From assembly GCF_947568905.1 (NCBI RefSeq), contig NC_079171.1, forward strand, positions 68,882,001-68,946,000: a stretch of DNA of 64,000 bases. Reading direction: 5' to 3'. The position numbers and the translations under genes are program-made. This stretch comes from Ostrea edulis (Eukaryota). The notes beneath the pieces were generated by a model that saw only the letters and a list, made by a program, of their open reading frames with translations, did no database searches and was not told the DNA's origin. Numbering within the stretch: the first letter of the stretch is position 1; every line of letters begins with the position of its first letter. Below are positions 38,341 through 52,399 of this stretch, one piece after another.

Positions 38341-40919
38341 ATGGTCAACAGGGGATGCTTACTCTAATAGGCACCTGTTCCACCTCTGTTGTGGCCAGGG
38401 GTCTGTGTTCTTCTAAATATCTATTTTGTGTTGCTTATAGGAGTTTTCATATCCACGAAATGATGGGGTCATCATTGTTGTACCTTTAAACAAAAGCAAT
38501 GAAAGTGACACAACCGGTTGTGTTAATGGAGTTAACAGGAAAAGGAATATGTACATTTCAAAAGAGACGTGATCAAATGTTAAAATGTGGCTGATTGTTT
38601 AGCTAGATTACCTAATTATTAAATAGTTATGCATATATGTAAGGTAAAGCAATTGAGGGTCATCGATAACATAAAAGTTCACAATGGCAGATCAACGCCA
38701 TCTTAAAGCTATATATTTATATGACATGGAATACTTACTCCTCTTCGGCACAGGATACCACCTCTGGGGTATCCAGGACTCCGTATTTGCCCCAACTTTC
38801 TATTTTGTATTGTTTATAGAAGTTATGGGATTGATCATTGATCGTTATATACACCTTTCATTCGAAAAACTTTGGACTCTCAGTTGTTATACCACAAGCT
38901 GGTGACCAAAAACATACCAACTTTCAGTGTCATAAGATTGAGGATCGAACACTTTTTTTATGAATACGTCATTGGAATCAAAACATTGCAGGTCATTGTA
39001 TTGTAGATATAAAATGTTACTGACCATATACATATGAGAGGCTTATCAAAAGTAACCATGACCCATATTTCTGATTTCGTATATAGTTTGCAAGTCAATA
39101 ACAATGATGGTTCAAAATATATCCACAATTTCTACAGAGTATTACATCTGTGGCTTCATTTTTTTTTTCATGATAGAGGAACTCAAGATGGAATGAACTT
39201 GAAGTTGTATTCCATATAATTCAGTTTAGGTAGGGGTGAATGTTTGTAAAGAAATTGACTTTCTTGAAAATACACAACAGTACCAATTTATCGATTCATT
39301 TAGACACCTTACATCTCCAAGGGTGAAAATCTAGAAGTACAAATGCTAAATGATATATCACAAAAAAAATGCAGAATACTCATTCACATCAAAATAGTAT
39401 CCAAAATGATTCAGGCATTGAGTTTGTAACATGCGAAATAATTGCATTATTGGTCAACCATTATTTACATTAAAGTTGAGCAGTTTAATAGTAGACAACA
39501 CAAGCAATTGTATACGACTTGTCATTGGGGTAGATCTTGTCTGGTGTATTCATATGAATTGTTAGTCAATTGTTTGCATGCTGATTTGGACGTCGGATCA
39601 ACCCGCTTATTTTATTAAAAGAAAAAGATTGGACCAGGTGTGACCAGTCGTCATGATATGCTTACTCCTCCTAGTCACCTAGTGTGTCCAAGAATCCGTA
39701 TTTGCAAACTCTGGTGTCTGTATTCCTTGTAGTAGTTATCAGATACTTCAAGATCATGATGTTCACCTCTTCATTGCACAATTCAAACACGCGTAGCACA
39801 GACTGCTATCTACTTTAGCAATACCTTATAGGTTAAGATTAAGCGTACTTACTCTTTAGGGAACAGGGTAAACAAATTCAACAGAGCGCAACACAAGTAG
39901 CCCTCGTGAGAACACCACAAGCACAGTAACGTAGGAACAAATTCAATATAATTGCCATAGCACTACACTGTGTATTTAATTTCACGGGTAAGAGATCAAT
40001 GTTACAATATGTCGGGTATGTTTCAGTTGAACGCCCTGAAACTATCAAACATATCATATCACAATCATTCAGACACTGTGCGCGTATATCAAGGTCATGG
40101 CGATATCATATTTCTGTCCAGGTTTAATTGATTTATTCGCAAGCATTACAACAAATAGGTGACTATCAGTACATATATTACATAAAGAGTTCCATTCTGT
40201 TGTAAATTATACTAGTAAATGTTCGGTATTAATCTCCGTCATTATTGATCCGCAATTACACCAAATAAATAACCTAAATAGATATAGATAGGGAAGCAGC
40301 ACACGTTAACACCATACTCTGTAATTTTTCCAGAAATTACAGTTAATTTTGCGAATCTCTAAACGACTATTTAAATCATAACACAGAGTGTATGGACAGC
40401 TTAGAATTCGCGATGTATAACTACAGTACACGACACGAGTTTTATACACCCCACCGTGGAAAGACCATATCAGAAAAATTCACGGAGATCCACTGTTTTG
40501 GACGACGCGTGTTATTTGCCAATACACACCGCTTCCGCGGGCTTCGACGTTGTTATCGCCACTCTGCAGAATACGTAAAATGTGCCACCGACCAAACAAT
40601 CCTGATGAAGTCGAATTTAAAAAAAAAAGAGTTTTTAATATCGATTTAATCAAATAAACTTCATTCAATATAGCAATCAAAGTAATCTCGATGATTAATA
40701 AATTGAAATTAATATATTACATATATGAATATAAACAAATATGTATCCATCAAATGATTTGAATTGATATATTATGTTAATCACATTTGACTGAAATTTA
40801 TATTCAATCTGGATAATAAAATGAACTTTATATAACAAGTATAGTCCATGAAATATTCCGTGGATTTGTGCCACAATAAAATAACTCACGATGAGATAGT
40901 CCTCGTATTTGAACTAAAA

Positions 40920-41327
40920 AGAAGTGTTTGACTTCTTGCAAAGAGTGGGAAAGATATTCAATGGGCATGCACGATGTAAGATCTAGTCTAAGATCATGTG
41001 TATTTTACGTAAACCTAATAATGATAATAATAATACCATATTTATATGGTACCCTTTTCATACACTGTGTACGCTCAAATGTGCTTTACAATGCATATAT
41101 ACCTTACAACAGAATGTTATACACATAATACATATAAAATGAATAAAACATTAAAATGCAATGATATAAAAGACTTTATCACATATAAACAGTCCGTAGC
41201 TATACCTATCCTGACTGTACATATAAAACATGAAAACGCAAGATACCATCAATATGCTAGATAAGAATAAACATCAGTTTCAGTTTCTAATGCATATCAC
41301 ACTTTTCGCAAGAAGTCAAACACTTCT
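40920..41327. mobile_element. ~408-bp MITE-like element with ~29-bp TIRs
   Basis: AGAAGTGTTTGACTTCTTGCAAAGAGTG at 40920 vs AGAAGTGTTTGACTTCTTGCGAAAAGTG (reverse complement, ending 41327). Confidence 0.7.
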
Positions 41328-42379
41328 GTTAATTTCTAATATCCGGATTTGATGACTCCCAACTGATATATTGAGACAAAAACCCTTCCATTTGCATGGA
41401 ATACACAAGTTATCCACAGGTCATTGTTGTAGACAGAGATCATAGGGAGCAATTTTGTGTTGACAAAAATAAGCTTTTGAATGACGAAACAAGTCCAACT
41501 GTGTTTAGATTAAAAGATGTATGTAACATCCTTACGTCCTATAACACAAACGGCAGTAAGATATTAATGTTACAATATGTTAGGGTATGTTTCGTTTGAA
41601 CGCCCTGAAACCATTAGACATATCATAGTACATTTATTGAGATAATGTGCGCGTATTTTAAGGTTGTGACGGTATCGTATTTCTTTCAGGTTTCATTAAT
41701 TGATCAGCAAACATATGCAAAAATAGGTGACTACCTTGCTTTTATTTGTCATTATATGGTCAACATTTTCTTTGAGTTGCTATAATTCATAAAAGGCGAA
41801 GATAGCAGACGTTTATGAATCCCATAACTTCTACAATAAATACAGAATAGAAAGTTCGGCACACGTGGACCCCTGGATATACCAGGGGTGGGATCAAGTG
41901 CCAAGGAGGAATACATATCGGTTGACTGATGTGACCGATCGACACGGGTGTTTACTTCTGCTAGGCACTTGCTTTCGCCTTTGGTATGTCCAGGAGTTCG
42001 TGTTTGAACAACTGTTTATGCTGTTGTCCTCGTGGGATTTATACGATTAACCATTACTCGTTTTCATAAGTTTTCACCGAAGCCTAAATATATTATGTAT
42101 GAATCAATTTCAGCAAAAACAAAACATTATATTTAATTTCATCTTATAGTTTTGTGTAAAAAGTTAAAGACAAGGATTCAGAAATTAAATTATAACACTA
42201 GATTAATTGGTGCACTGTAGCTTTCTCAAAGTTTGTGAAGAAATTGCAAATCTGCATTCAAAACAAGAGAAGGTCGTCTGCTATTGCAACACGTCTGGTG
42301 ACATGACTCTCATTGCAATTTATCTCTAAAGTCAAAGGAAAACTCGATAATTAAGTGAGAGCTTACTACAAACAACATT

Positions 42380-44000
42380 TGATAAGAGGTTCATATAACC
42401 CTTTTTGTAAATGAAAATTATCCCGCAAATACGTCCTGGCTACATGTTTTTGACAAACAAGAGACCTACTAAAAAAATCTAAAACCACACAGTGTGAGTG
42501 ATCACTGATCGTTATATTCGCCTTCCATAAGACAGATCCGTTTGTCGTCTTTGCTAGCAATCACATCCCAACAATCGCACATGTGTATAGATATCGTGCC
42601 ATTGAACATGAGAAGGAAATTACTCCAACTATCATGTTTAATCACACCACAATTTTTACGTTGATGTAGAGACCCGATATGATATTGTGTCAGTGTTTTT
42701 ATGTAAATGTAATGAAATAAAACAAGTATGAAGTAAAACAGATATGCATATTGTATGCTGTTGTTTGAAATGGTCACCACCATGATACGTTAACCATGCG
42801 ATTGTATTGATAAATATTAAACCAATACTGATTAATGATTGATAGCAATGATGGGCTTCTGAACACGGCGTTTTAGTCAAAGACACCAAAATGCAGTAAG
42901 TTTTTTTCACGGATGAATGGATTCGGACGAAACCTATCTATGGTGATTGTTGTTTGCCTGCGATTTACCTTGTCAAGAGATCATGGTGTTGTGTTTAATT
43001 TTGAAATTCACAGGGCCATCTGGAGACTATCTGTGGCCAGAGTGTATACTGCTTGCATACCTAATGGTAACTGACACATTCTAGACCCACCCCTCTTTCT
43101 GTCTTCCGTATTATCAGTAATTGGCTCAATATATGATTTATTCTATAAAAATAGAGCTATCAGAAATTAATGATCAACGTTTTTCAATAAGTTATACATT
43201 TTAGAAACCAATGTGGAAACTATTGTTTGATTTATGATTGAGTACTCTACAATACATTTCTATAGAGGAGATATAACATACAATTATATCAAAGTTGCAT
43301 TGTTCACGGGGGCTTTCTTTAAAGACTATTTACGAGAAAATAGCAGTTGTGTACAAGTCAATGTTATTAAAACTGTGTTATACTGGGCTTCTTCAAGATC
43401 TAAAGAATGTCGGTAAGCATTGACTGTGAGTATTATTAAAACACCTTTCTTGGGTAGTTTCAGAACGCAGTCGCTGTAGAGGTCACTCCACTTGAAATAT
43501 GTTGTTAAATGTTTGTTTCAGAGGCGGCTTGCCATTGATCACAATACACATGGAACTGTGGGTGTTAACTTAAATTTGGTTTCTTGGAGGAATTGGCATG
43601 GCTTAGGAGATAGTAAAACCTGGTTTTGATGACTTCAAGTAGATATATATCACACCTACGTCACAATCAGATGTAGAAACAGAACCAGGTTTCTGATTCC
43701 CAAAACGTGCGTTTTGTTTGATTTTTTATATGATACTATGATTATTCGCCATCGATTCCTCCACAGTCTTTCTTATCAGCTGAGGTTAAAATCAAAGTTG
43801 ATATTGTGTTACAAAGGGCGGGGGGGGGGGTCAAGGCGATTCAAGCTTTAGAAAGAAGTCGGTTGCAGAACAAATGGCATTGTTTGCGGATGAACGCGCG
43901 CCGATTGCATTATGCATATCTATGATGCATTCAGTGTACATTTATTATTCATGGATGTAAAAGTGTTGCAATGATCTGAGTTGGTACGTATGGTCAACAT
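42380..44000 (+). pseudogene. Decayed intronless LRR gene remnant
   Basis: FASNHIPTI, FLCKCNEIKQV, DITYNYIKV..TGAF, NVIKTV/YTGLLQDLKNV and IIKTPFLGSFRTQSL*RSLHL. Confidence 0.5.
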
Positions 44001-44519
44001 ATGGAATTTCGGGGCATCAGGAAGTTGGGGAGACGGAGGGGAAAGGGGAGGTGGCACCATTGCAGATTTCCACTAGTATCATGATATCAGCTGAAAATAT
44101 TTCACTTTGTTGTGAGGACACAATATCAAAGCTAGTTTCTTTTAATTTGATGTTTTTATTTACATTGCATGCAATTATAGATATGAACAGGGATCAATCT
44201 CACAACTCCTACACGCAATGTAAAATATATAGTTGGCCAAACTTTATGATAGCAGATCATTCTTCATTTTTTTAATATATGATATGCGGGAAGATGATAT
44301 CCATATTATATTGTAACGTTGAAACCGCCCCTAATTTTAATGACTAATGTGTTTAAAAATTCACTCACGTGCATACATATTACATTTGTACAGAATAGTG
44401 GTAACATTCAGGTCCACCAACTATAACCCACAATACATTTTTTTCTGATACATATTTTATATATCTCAATGCGTCTGAAAAGTGTAGGAAATAACTGCTG
44501 TCTTGTGTATTAAAGGTAT

Positions 44520-44810
44520 GGTAAGTACGTCGTTACTAGTTTGAAAATACGTATGCATTTTTAATTGCTGTGATAAAATTTAGAAATTAATTTTAAAATT
44601 AAGGATTATCTCCGTCATACATATCTCTTATCATTAGACGAATTTTAACTCCACTTTTGGGCACTCTATTTCCCCCTATAATAGCTCTAGCAAGTTTATT
44701 GTTGTTGTTTTTTTTTCTTTCGGATTTTAAACATTTCAGATGAGCATCACTGAAAATACATTATTTGTCGAAATGCGTGCATCAAAATTAGTACCGTATA
44801 AGTTTTACAT
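44520..44810 (+). ncRNA. Truncated, degenerate hammerhead repeat copy
   Basis: cgttactagtttgaaaatacg...gagcatcactgaaaatacattatttgtcgaaatgcg...gtataagttttacat. Confidence 0.75.
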
Positions 44811-45049
44811 CTATAGGGATGTGAACAAATCTTGTAATTCGTAATGGATGTTGATATGTTCTTAAGGTATATGGTCGACAACATCCATAATCGCAATGTT
44901 CAATTTATATCCTGGTGTTGAAAAATCCAAGAATAGGCTACCTTTTAAATAACATATTAAAAACTCTCCATTGAATAGAGCAAAGTATTGTGCAAATATA
45001 ATATGAACGTAAATGTTTGTTGGCGTGATGTAAAATTGAATCAAGTGTG

Positions 45050-47050
45050 ACATCGTGCATACTTGTTCTTTCATGTGAACGGTGCTAATGGTTGCGTTTA
45101 CGTCTACGGGCTGTCGAAAAGAGTCCCGTTATATATACGTTATTTCTTTGTGGACTAGTCACATTCCCTACCTTGTCGTTATCAGCATTATATTGCATCC
45201 GTAAGAAAACACAGTGTTTGAATTTCTGATCCAGTGATTTTCTTATTTTCTATGAAAAGGGTTATTTAATGCTGTATTGTTTGTATGAGAGTATTTGTTT
45301 TCTAGAATATTAACACCCATGGAGAAGATAGAGTGGTCAGGGGAAATTAAAAGGTTAAGAGAAATTGGTCACAATCGTTACTAATTTGAAATATGTGTCC
45401 CGATTTTTTATCAAGTGAACCCTTAGTTTCCCCGACACAAGTTAAGCCATAGAGGGTAAACCCGATAACGTTGAAAACATTAGGAAATTTACAGGTCAAT
45501 GTATCAAAGGTTTTGGTACAGAAAATACGTCGGTGAAAATACCAGTAAATGAAATTATAAATATCAATATATCGTAAGTTTTATTTATCCTTATCAAATT
45601 ATTGACGAGCAAGCGGACAAATTTAAAAGTGAGACGACTTAATATACGGTAGGAAATGCAATAACAAAAGTCAACAGGGAAACTACCAAACAAGACACAG
45701 GGCGGTGTAAAAGGATACAGGAAGATGGTGTAAAATGATAGAGAAACACGTTTTGCTGTGGCCGTAGGGGACATTTTTTTGCACAGTTTTGTTTCCCTTA
45801 AAGGAGCTTTAAAACATCATTGTTATTTTGGATTTCAAACATTTCGGTTGAGCATCACTGAAGATACATCATTTGTCGAAATGCGCATCTGGGGCATCAA
45901 AATTGATACCGTATAAGTTTCACATAGTAAATGGATGCTTAATAACTACGAATAAAACCTGCAATAAATGAGGGAAAGTATAAATCACATACATTAGAAA
46001 CATGACAGTTGTCTACCAGATTATGATTATGATTGTGTATTTTCTGTAAATCGGAATAAATGTCCGTGTCATGGTAGATGTGGATGTAGACGGAGCGACA
46101 TTATGAATGCTGAATAACTCCGGCGCGATTTAGCTGAATGTCTGACATCATTCATACTTGTTCTTTCATATGAAAGGTGTTAATGGCTGCGTTTACATCT
46201 CTGAACTGTCGAAAAGAGTTTCATCATGTATACGTTATTTCTTTGTGGACTAGTCACATCCCCTTCATTGTCGTCATCAGCATTATTTTGCATCCAAAAG
46301 AAAATACAATATTTGAATTCCTGATCCAGTGATTTTCTCATTTTCTATGAAAAGGGTTATTTAATGCTGTATTGTTTGTATGGAAGTATTTGTTTTCTAG
46401 AATATTAACACCTATGGACAAAATAGAGTGGTCATGGGAATTTAAAAGTTTAAGAGAAATTGGTCGCAATCGTTATTTATTTGAAATATGTGTCCCGATT
46501 CTTTTATTAAGTGAAACCTTATTTTTCTCGAGACAAATTAAACATATAGGGTACACCTAATACCGTTGAAAACATTAGGAAATTTACAGGTCATGATATC
46601 AAAGGTTTTGGTACAGAAACGACGTCGATGAAAATACTAGTAAATAAATTTATAGATATTAATGTATCGCAAATTTTATTTATCCTTATGAAATTGTTGA
46701 CGAACAGGCGGTAAATCTTAACATCAATCGACTTAATCTACGGTAGGAAATCAAATAACAAAATTCAACAGGGGGATTACTAAACATAAAACAGGACGGT
46801 GTAAAAGGATACATAAACAGGTTTTGCTGTGGCCGTACATGACACATAGTAAAGAGATGCTTAATAACAAACGATAGAACCTGCAATAAATGAGGAAAAT
46901 TATAAATCATATACATTTGAAACATGACAGTTGTCCATCAGATTAAGATTATCTAATATCTGTAAATTGGAATGAATGTCCGTGTCATGGTATATTTGAA
47001 TGCAACCGGAGCGACATTATAAATGCTGAATAAATCCGGCGCGAGCTGGA
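45050..47050 (+). repeat. Local tandem duplication, ~1.1-kb period
   Basis: catacttgttctttcat at ~45058 and ~46154; both units colinear; the downstream halves match 7790-8200. Confidence 0.85.
45790..45928 (+). ncRNA. Truncated hammerhead repeat copy (HHR 45852-45895)
   Basis: gcatcactgaagatacatcatttgtcgaaatgcgcatctggggc. Confidence 0.8.
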
Positions 47051-47249
47051 CTATAGTTAGCCAAAATGTATAGAGGGCCGTTTGGGACAAAATATGTAAT
47101 TGATATTTCCAAGCCCTCAAGAAAATTTATAACCGCATGTATATGTATTAGATATTACAATGGGAATTGTGAGGTCATGTCGTACAATGTTGGAATATCA
47201 TAAGAATAGAATAAACGCTGGTCACTTTGTTGTAATCAGCAACACTATT

Positions 47250-47790
47250 TCTTTGCTTGGCAAAGAAACGATGATCGCATTATGAGTTTTGCGCTTAGAG
47301 TACAAGAATCTGAATGTGTATTCTAATGTACGAGTAGGTGAAATCGAAACGGTCTGATTACCAGAAAACGGGTTTTGACGGTTTCGGAAAACTCAAAGAT
47401 TGCTGTCTGAATTTACAAATCAACGATACAGTAATGCCTGTTGCACAACCTATGACATAACTACCATTCAACGTTAGCAACAATATCCACAACACACTGA
47501 TTGACATGGAAGAAGAAAATAATATAATAAAGAGATTGTATATACCTTTAGCATTAATTTCAACTTTTCTCGTCACACACAAAAAAACAGCGATATACGA
47601 ATATGTGTTCATAAGCGTGCCGTAAATACAACTATAAGATGTGCGCGTCATCAGATACCGACAGTTGATTTATATGTTAGAAGACAGGATGGGAAACAAA
47701 GTGTTTTGAAAATCCGGTGTGCGTTAGGGATATCATCAATTTGAAGTTGAGAAAGTGTCATGGAAAATCACTACGTTCAAAGCATTCAGA
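47250..47790 (+). mobile_element. Copy-B paralog of the Gypsy pol fragment
   Basis: Aligns with 8640-9150 (ttgcttggcaaagaaacg...gttagaagacaggatggga). Confidence 0.7.
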
Positions 47791-48119
47791 GGTCTCTACA
47801 ATTACCAATGTCTGGTGTTTTGAATCTCGTCTGATGAACATATCACAAATCACTGATCTGTATCGTCTTGCCGAAATGGACGCCATTGGTGAGGATGGAA
47901 CGTTGTACACCTGGGATACAGTCATACACCTTCAAACTAGTGTATACACCCGTGCCTTAAAATGCAGCCGATGGAGAAAGTGGAAAATATTTCAAATGAA
48001 ATTGCCCATTTATTTGCAATTTATCAAGCGTATATATGTACACTGCTTTTATAACATGCAGTATCATTTTTTTATTGTGTACAGCATGGGTATGCATTGT
48101 AATATAGGTGTTATCTAAA

Positions 48120-48200
48120 TAAATACTATTATTATTACTACTACTACTACTACTAGTAGTAGTAGTAGTGGTAGTAGTAATAGTAGTAGTAGCAGTATTG
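48120..48200. repeat. Compound (ATT)n(ACT)n(AGT)n microsatellite, palindromic about ACTAGT
   Basis: Direct reading. Confidence 0.9.
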
Positions 48201-48639
48201 CAATCGATGCTGTTCCAAAAGCTCCTACTATCAACAAGGTTCGGCGAAATGTCAAAGAGGATCGTGAGATAAGGCACAACGTAATAGTCACAATGTTTAT
48301 TGTGCTAAGCTGAACCTGATTATTAATGACAAAAAACATGACGAATATTCCGACTAATCTTGCGCATGAGTGATATTTTGGAATAATTCATAGACAACGA
48401 CGGCAGTGCAAAAAAAAGTATAGCGGTCAGACATCCGCACGGAATTTGGAAAAAATAGAATAAAACAAATAATCAATGTCAATTGCTGACTAACACATGT
48501 AAGCCGGAACCGGTAAAACAAACAACTATGCCTGACCCACCGTGTTAGGATCCAGTCATTGACTTAATGGAACAGTCTCCCTCGGACGACAATTTACTTG
48601 TAGTGGTTGATTAATATTTAAGATACCAACAAGTAGTTA

Positions 48640-48930
48640 TTGTGAAGATGATCATATACAGGTGATAATGGAATGCTGCTGCATAAATATGGAAATTTGA
48701 CAATGGAGAAGATGAAATCATCCCATTTGTCATACAGTTGAGCCGTCAATTTTTTGTTAAAATCTACTTTCATTAAGATATTTAAGTAATACCTATAACG
48801 TAGACATGGCCGACTCTATGATGTCTTTTATTTCGAGCTCACAGGGATATATCGAATCGACATATGAACGAAGATGATCAATGTCAATAGACAAAACGTC
48901 ACCCATATATTTAAATGCACTGCTAAGGGA
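48640..48930 (-). mobile_element. Naiad RT fragment
   Basis: FKYMGDVLSID...SYVDSIYPCELEIKDIIES matches the RT region in 31950-32050. Confidence 0.8.
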
Positions 48931-50352
48931 TAATTGGCACACAAATGACAATGCAAAACAAGTATAGTAGTCAGGTATCGACACGGAAGTTGAAAAAAAA
49001 TCAAAGCAAGTAACCAATGTCAATTGCTGACTAATACATGTAAGCCGGGACCGGTAAAACAAACAACTATACCTGACCCACCGTGTCAGAATCCAGCCAT
49101 TGACTTGATTACTACTTAATATACCAACAAGTAATACCAACACGGACCCATTTTGGAGATCATCACAAGTGATAGAATAACCACTCATTTGGAAGCAAAT
49201 TTTGGCAAACATGACATATTCCGTACAATTCGAAGTGACAATGATTATTGTACGACTTGTTCGCGGGAGTGTGTGTAGTTCCAGGTTAATATAAACTAAC
49301 AATAGTCAGTCCGCATGAGTGATTTTATGAAACCAAAAGCTCAAGCAAATGTCATAGTAATTTTGTGACTTTTCTGTTTTATTATTTTTTACCGGCCTCC
49401 CTTACATGTGAATTGCAGCTTTAATAAAAGAGTTCACGACACAATCGTTATTTTTTTAATCTTGATAAAAAGTGTCCCAATTCACTGACATAAACCAAAG
49501 TACGAGTATAAATATATGGAACACCCCCTTTACTTGGACGGCACTACAGCAAGTCAATAATTTACAACTAACCAGTCATCTATTAATTGAAAATCTAAAA
49601 TTAGAAATAGAGATGGATATTGCTGTGTTTTCTTTCTCTTTAAAGTATCAAAGACCTGCAAATAAACCTCCTAAAAACTGACATACACAATGATCAACAA
49701 GATACGTCGAACTTTATTTATATGTTGTTAACACATGGAAAATGTACGTAAAATAATTGATGTGCATTGCCTATTCCCACAATACAATAAAATAACTACA
49801 AGCATTTCTTTACAAGAAAGAGACTTTATATTTGCACATTTCAAAACAGATTATCATTTCTGTTTCCAGATTTACTAACTTTGATTAAAGTTAATCAACT
49901 CCTAAGGATCTCCAATATACTTTACAATATCTTAGGTGTCAAGTACAGCTTTCGATATCCCCCACTGCATATATCTTTAATAAGAAGCGGTGCAGTGATA
50001 TCAATGTTTGTTCACTCACAACAGGATCAGACTCTGACATAAAATAACTTATAATGAAAAGACAAGAGTTACATGTCGTAAGTGGTTTTTGAAATTACAA
50101 AAATGTCCCGGGTTAACACCTACATACTTGGTTGTAGAGATTTAGTTCCACTGCAAATCTGAAACACAAGTGTAGGACCACATCAGAGACACTGCAGAAA
50201 TCATAAATCATTAGTTGTTATAACGGTTTCAATATCAGAGTAAAATTATCTCAAAATTACAGAAAGCATAAGCTAATGTCCTCGCTGTAGAAGACTGTAT
50301 CTTAGTATGATTGGTGTGAATTCATCAATACAATTACAAGAATCAGAGTGAT

Positions 50353-51479
50353 ACCAAACCCAATCTGACACCCAAGCAGTTCCAGAAAGCAATCCTGGGG
50401 ACATCTCTCGGACTGCTCTCTCAAAAAGTGGGACTGCTCCGGGACTGCTCTTGGAGTGCTCTCTCAAAAAGTGAGACCGCTGTGGGACTGCTCTGGGACT
50501 GCTCTCTCAAAAAGTGGGACTGTTATGGAACTGCTCTGGGGCTGCTCCTTGACTGCTCTAAGGGAAAGCTTTCTAGGACGGATTTGTGCACCAAATAATA
50601 AATGAATCATGTGGTGTAATGATTGACAAGGACTCATTTTAAGTTGCTTTTTTAAAGAAGCAGATTTTACATGAATGTGAACAATTTACTCCTTGTTTTT
50701 CCACTAAATCATGATTTTATGTAAAATTTTACAAGTATGTGTAGTTCAGTGATTTTTTCATGTAAAGAGAAACAAAAAATATTTACCTGTCAGCGCCTGC
50801 GTTAGTCGTTGTGACATATTCGATGTTAGATTTTTTAATCCAGAGTGAAAAAAGCACGCTTCAGATTCAATTATAATTTGCTTTATGAATTTTAATTGGC
50901 CAATTACATTTGAAAAGGGAAATTCATTGGACCATTTATTAGATAGACGAGTTTATGCATGCTTCTTGGGGAGAGATTGGGTATGGTGTCGGCACCTTCG
51001 ATCTGAAGGGGAAGCAACTCAGGTATACTGTGTCCATGGCGACGTGATACACCAAATGTCGTCGTGTGTTCACAGGTTTCAAAACCGGGCTATCATAAGT
51101 TTCAAACAAGCACTTATTGTTAAATGTTGTTGTCGGTAACGCTTTGGACACGTCTATTAGGGAACATGCACTTTACAAACACTACACCCTCGATTTCAGT
51201 TAAAACAGCATGTACATATACGCTTTGATTGAAGTTTTCATAATTATATAAACCTGTCTAAATATGGTAGTGAAATTAAACAATTTTACAATGCTGGTGA
51301 TAAGTAACCTATATCTAACCAATCATTTTCAAATCATAAATACGTGTGCACGTAAGTGGAAAGCAGTTTTTGCTAGTTTAATATAGACGATACGTGAATA
51401 AATCATTTAGGCGACTTTAAACATAATTATTTCAATAACCCAGACAAGAAATAAATAAAGTTGGGTCTGGTTTGTACTG
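50353..51479. mobile_element. Copy-B version of the CAGTA/TA element (left tip and part of interior deleted)
   Basis: accaaacccaatctgaca at 50353; GGGACTGCT repeats 50380-50580; right end gttgggtctggtttgtactg|TA at 51479-51481. Confidence 0.7.
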
Positions 51480-52399
51480 TACTGATTGTTAGGCCGTTTT
51501 TGGAACAATGATTTCGCTAAAGATAACTCCGTTCACCTGATCAATATAGAGGACTCAGGACGGATGTGACCAGTTGACAGGGGGTACTTACTCTTCCTGG
51601 GCAACTGATCATACCTCTGGTATATCCAATGATCCGTGTTTACCCAACTCCATATTTTGTATTGCTTTTAGGAGTTATCAGATTGATCGCTCTTCGTTTT
51701 ATCCATTTTTCATTGTAAAAAAAATATTTGTATACCGGTAAATAGCTGTTTATTTATCAATCTCACATGTCTATTGAATAGTTGCCTTAGTAGTCCTACC
51801 ACATCGTGTAAATATTTCTTACAATAGGATTGTACAACTAGTGGTACAATGCGTGAATCCGTGCAGGATGCTTTTGATTTGAAGGCATATATGGAGTAGG
51901 TGTTCTATGAAAGGTGTATTGAAAGATACGGTTTAACCTATACCAATTCTGAAGAAAAACAGTTAAACACCTCTTGTCTGCGTTAGATAACTTTACTATA
52001 AGTGAAATCGAAAAAGTGTCATCGGCAGAAAACGGGTTTTTGACGTTGTCGACAACTTTTTCCTCCGGTACTTTGATCACCATTCTGAACCCTGGAAAAT
52101 CTTTATTATCTTGAATATGGTATCTTCATCAATCACGCTGTCAAATTTGCAAATATTTTAAGGCTTCACAAACTTAGTATATGTAGTATATGTAGTAAAC
52201 TGATAATTTATAATTCTGTCATCGTATCTTTTAAGTTAGCATGATTGGTATTTGAGCAGATACGTCGAATAGTATCAAATTTAATGGTATTTCTCACCAA
52301 AAAAACCTTGATGTTAAAAGAAATAGGGTAATTCATATATTTCTGAGCAAAATTCACATAGATAAATACTTACACTAATCTCAAAAAACTGTCTTCCAC

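Noticed and set aside
43401-43416. Conserved gaatgtcg|gtaagc as an exon donor (also 7359-7370)
   Set aside because: No matching acceptor or open frame in both copies; LRR-like similarity continues past the site, consistent with intronless pseudogene sequence.
47957-48339. ORFs with poly-Thr/Ser or poly-Leu/Val tracts
   Set aside because: Translations of the trinucleotide microsatellite.
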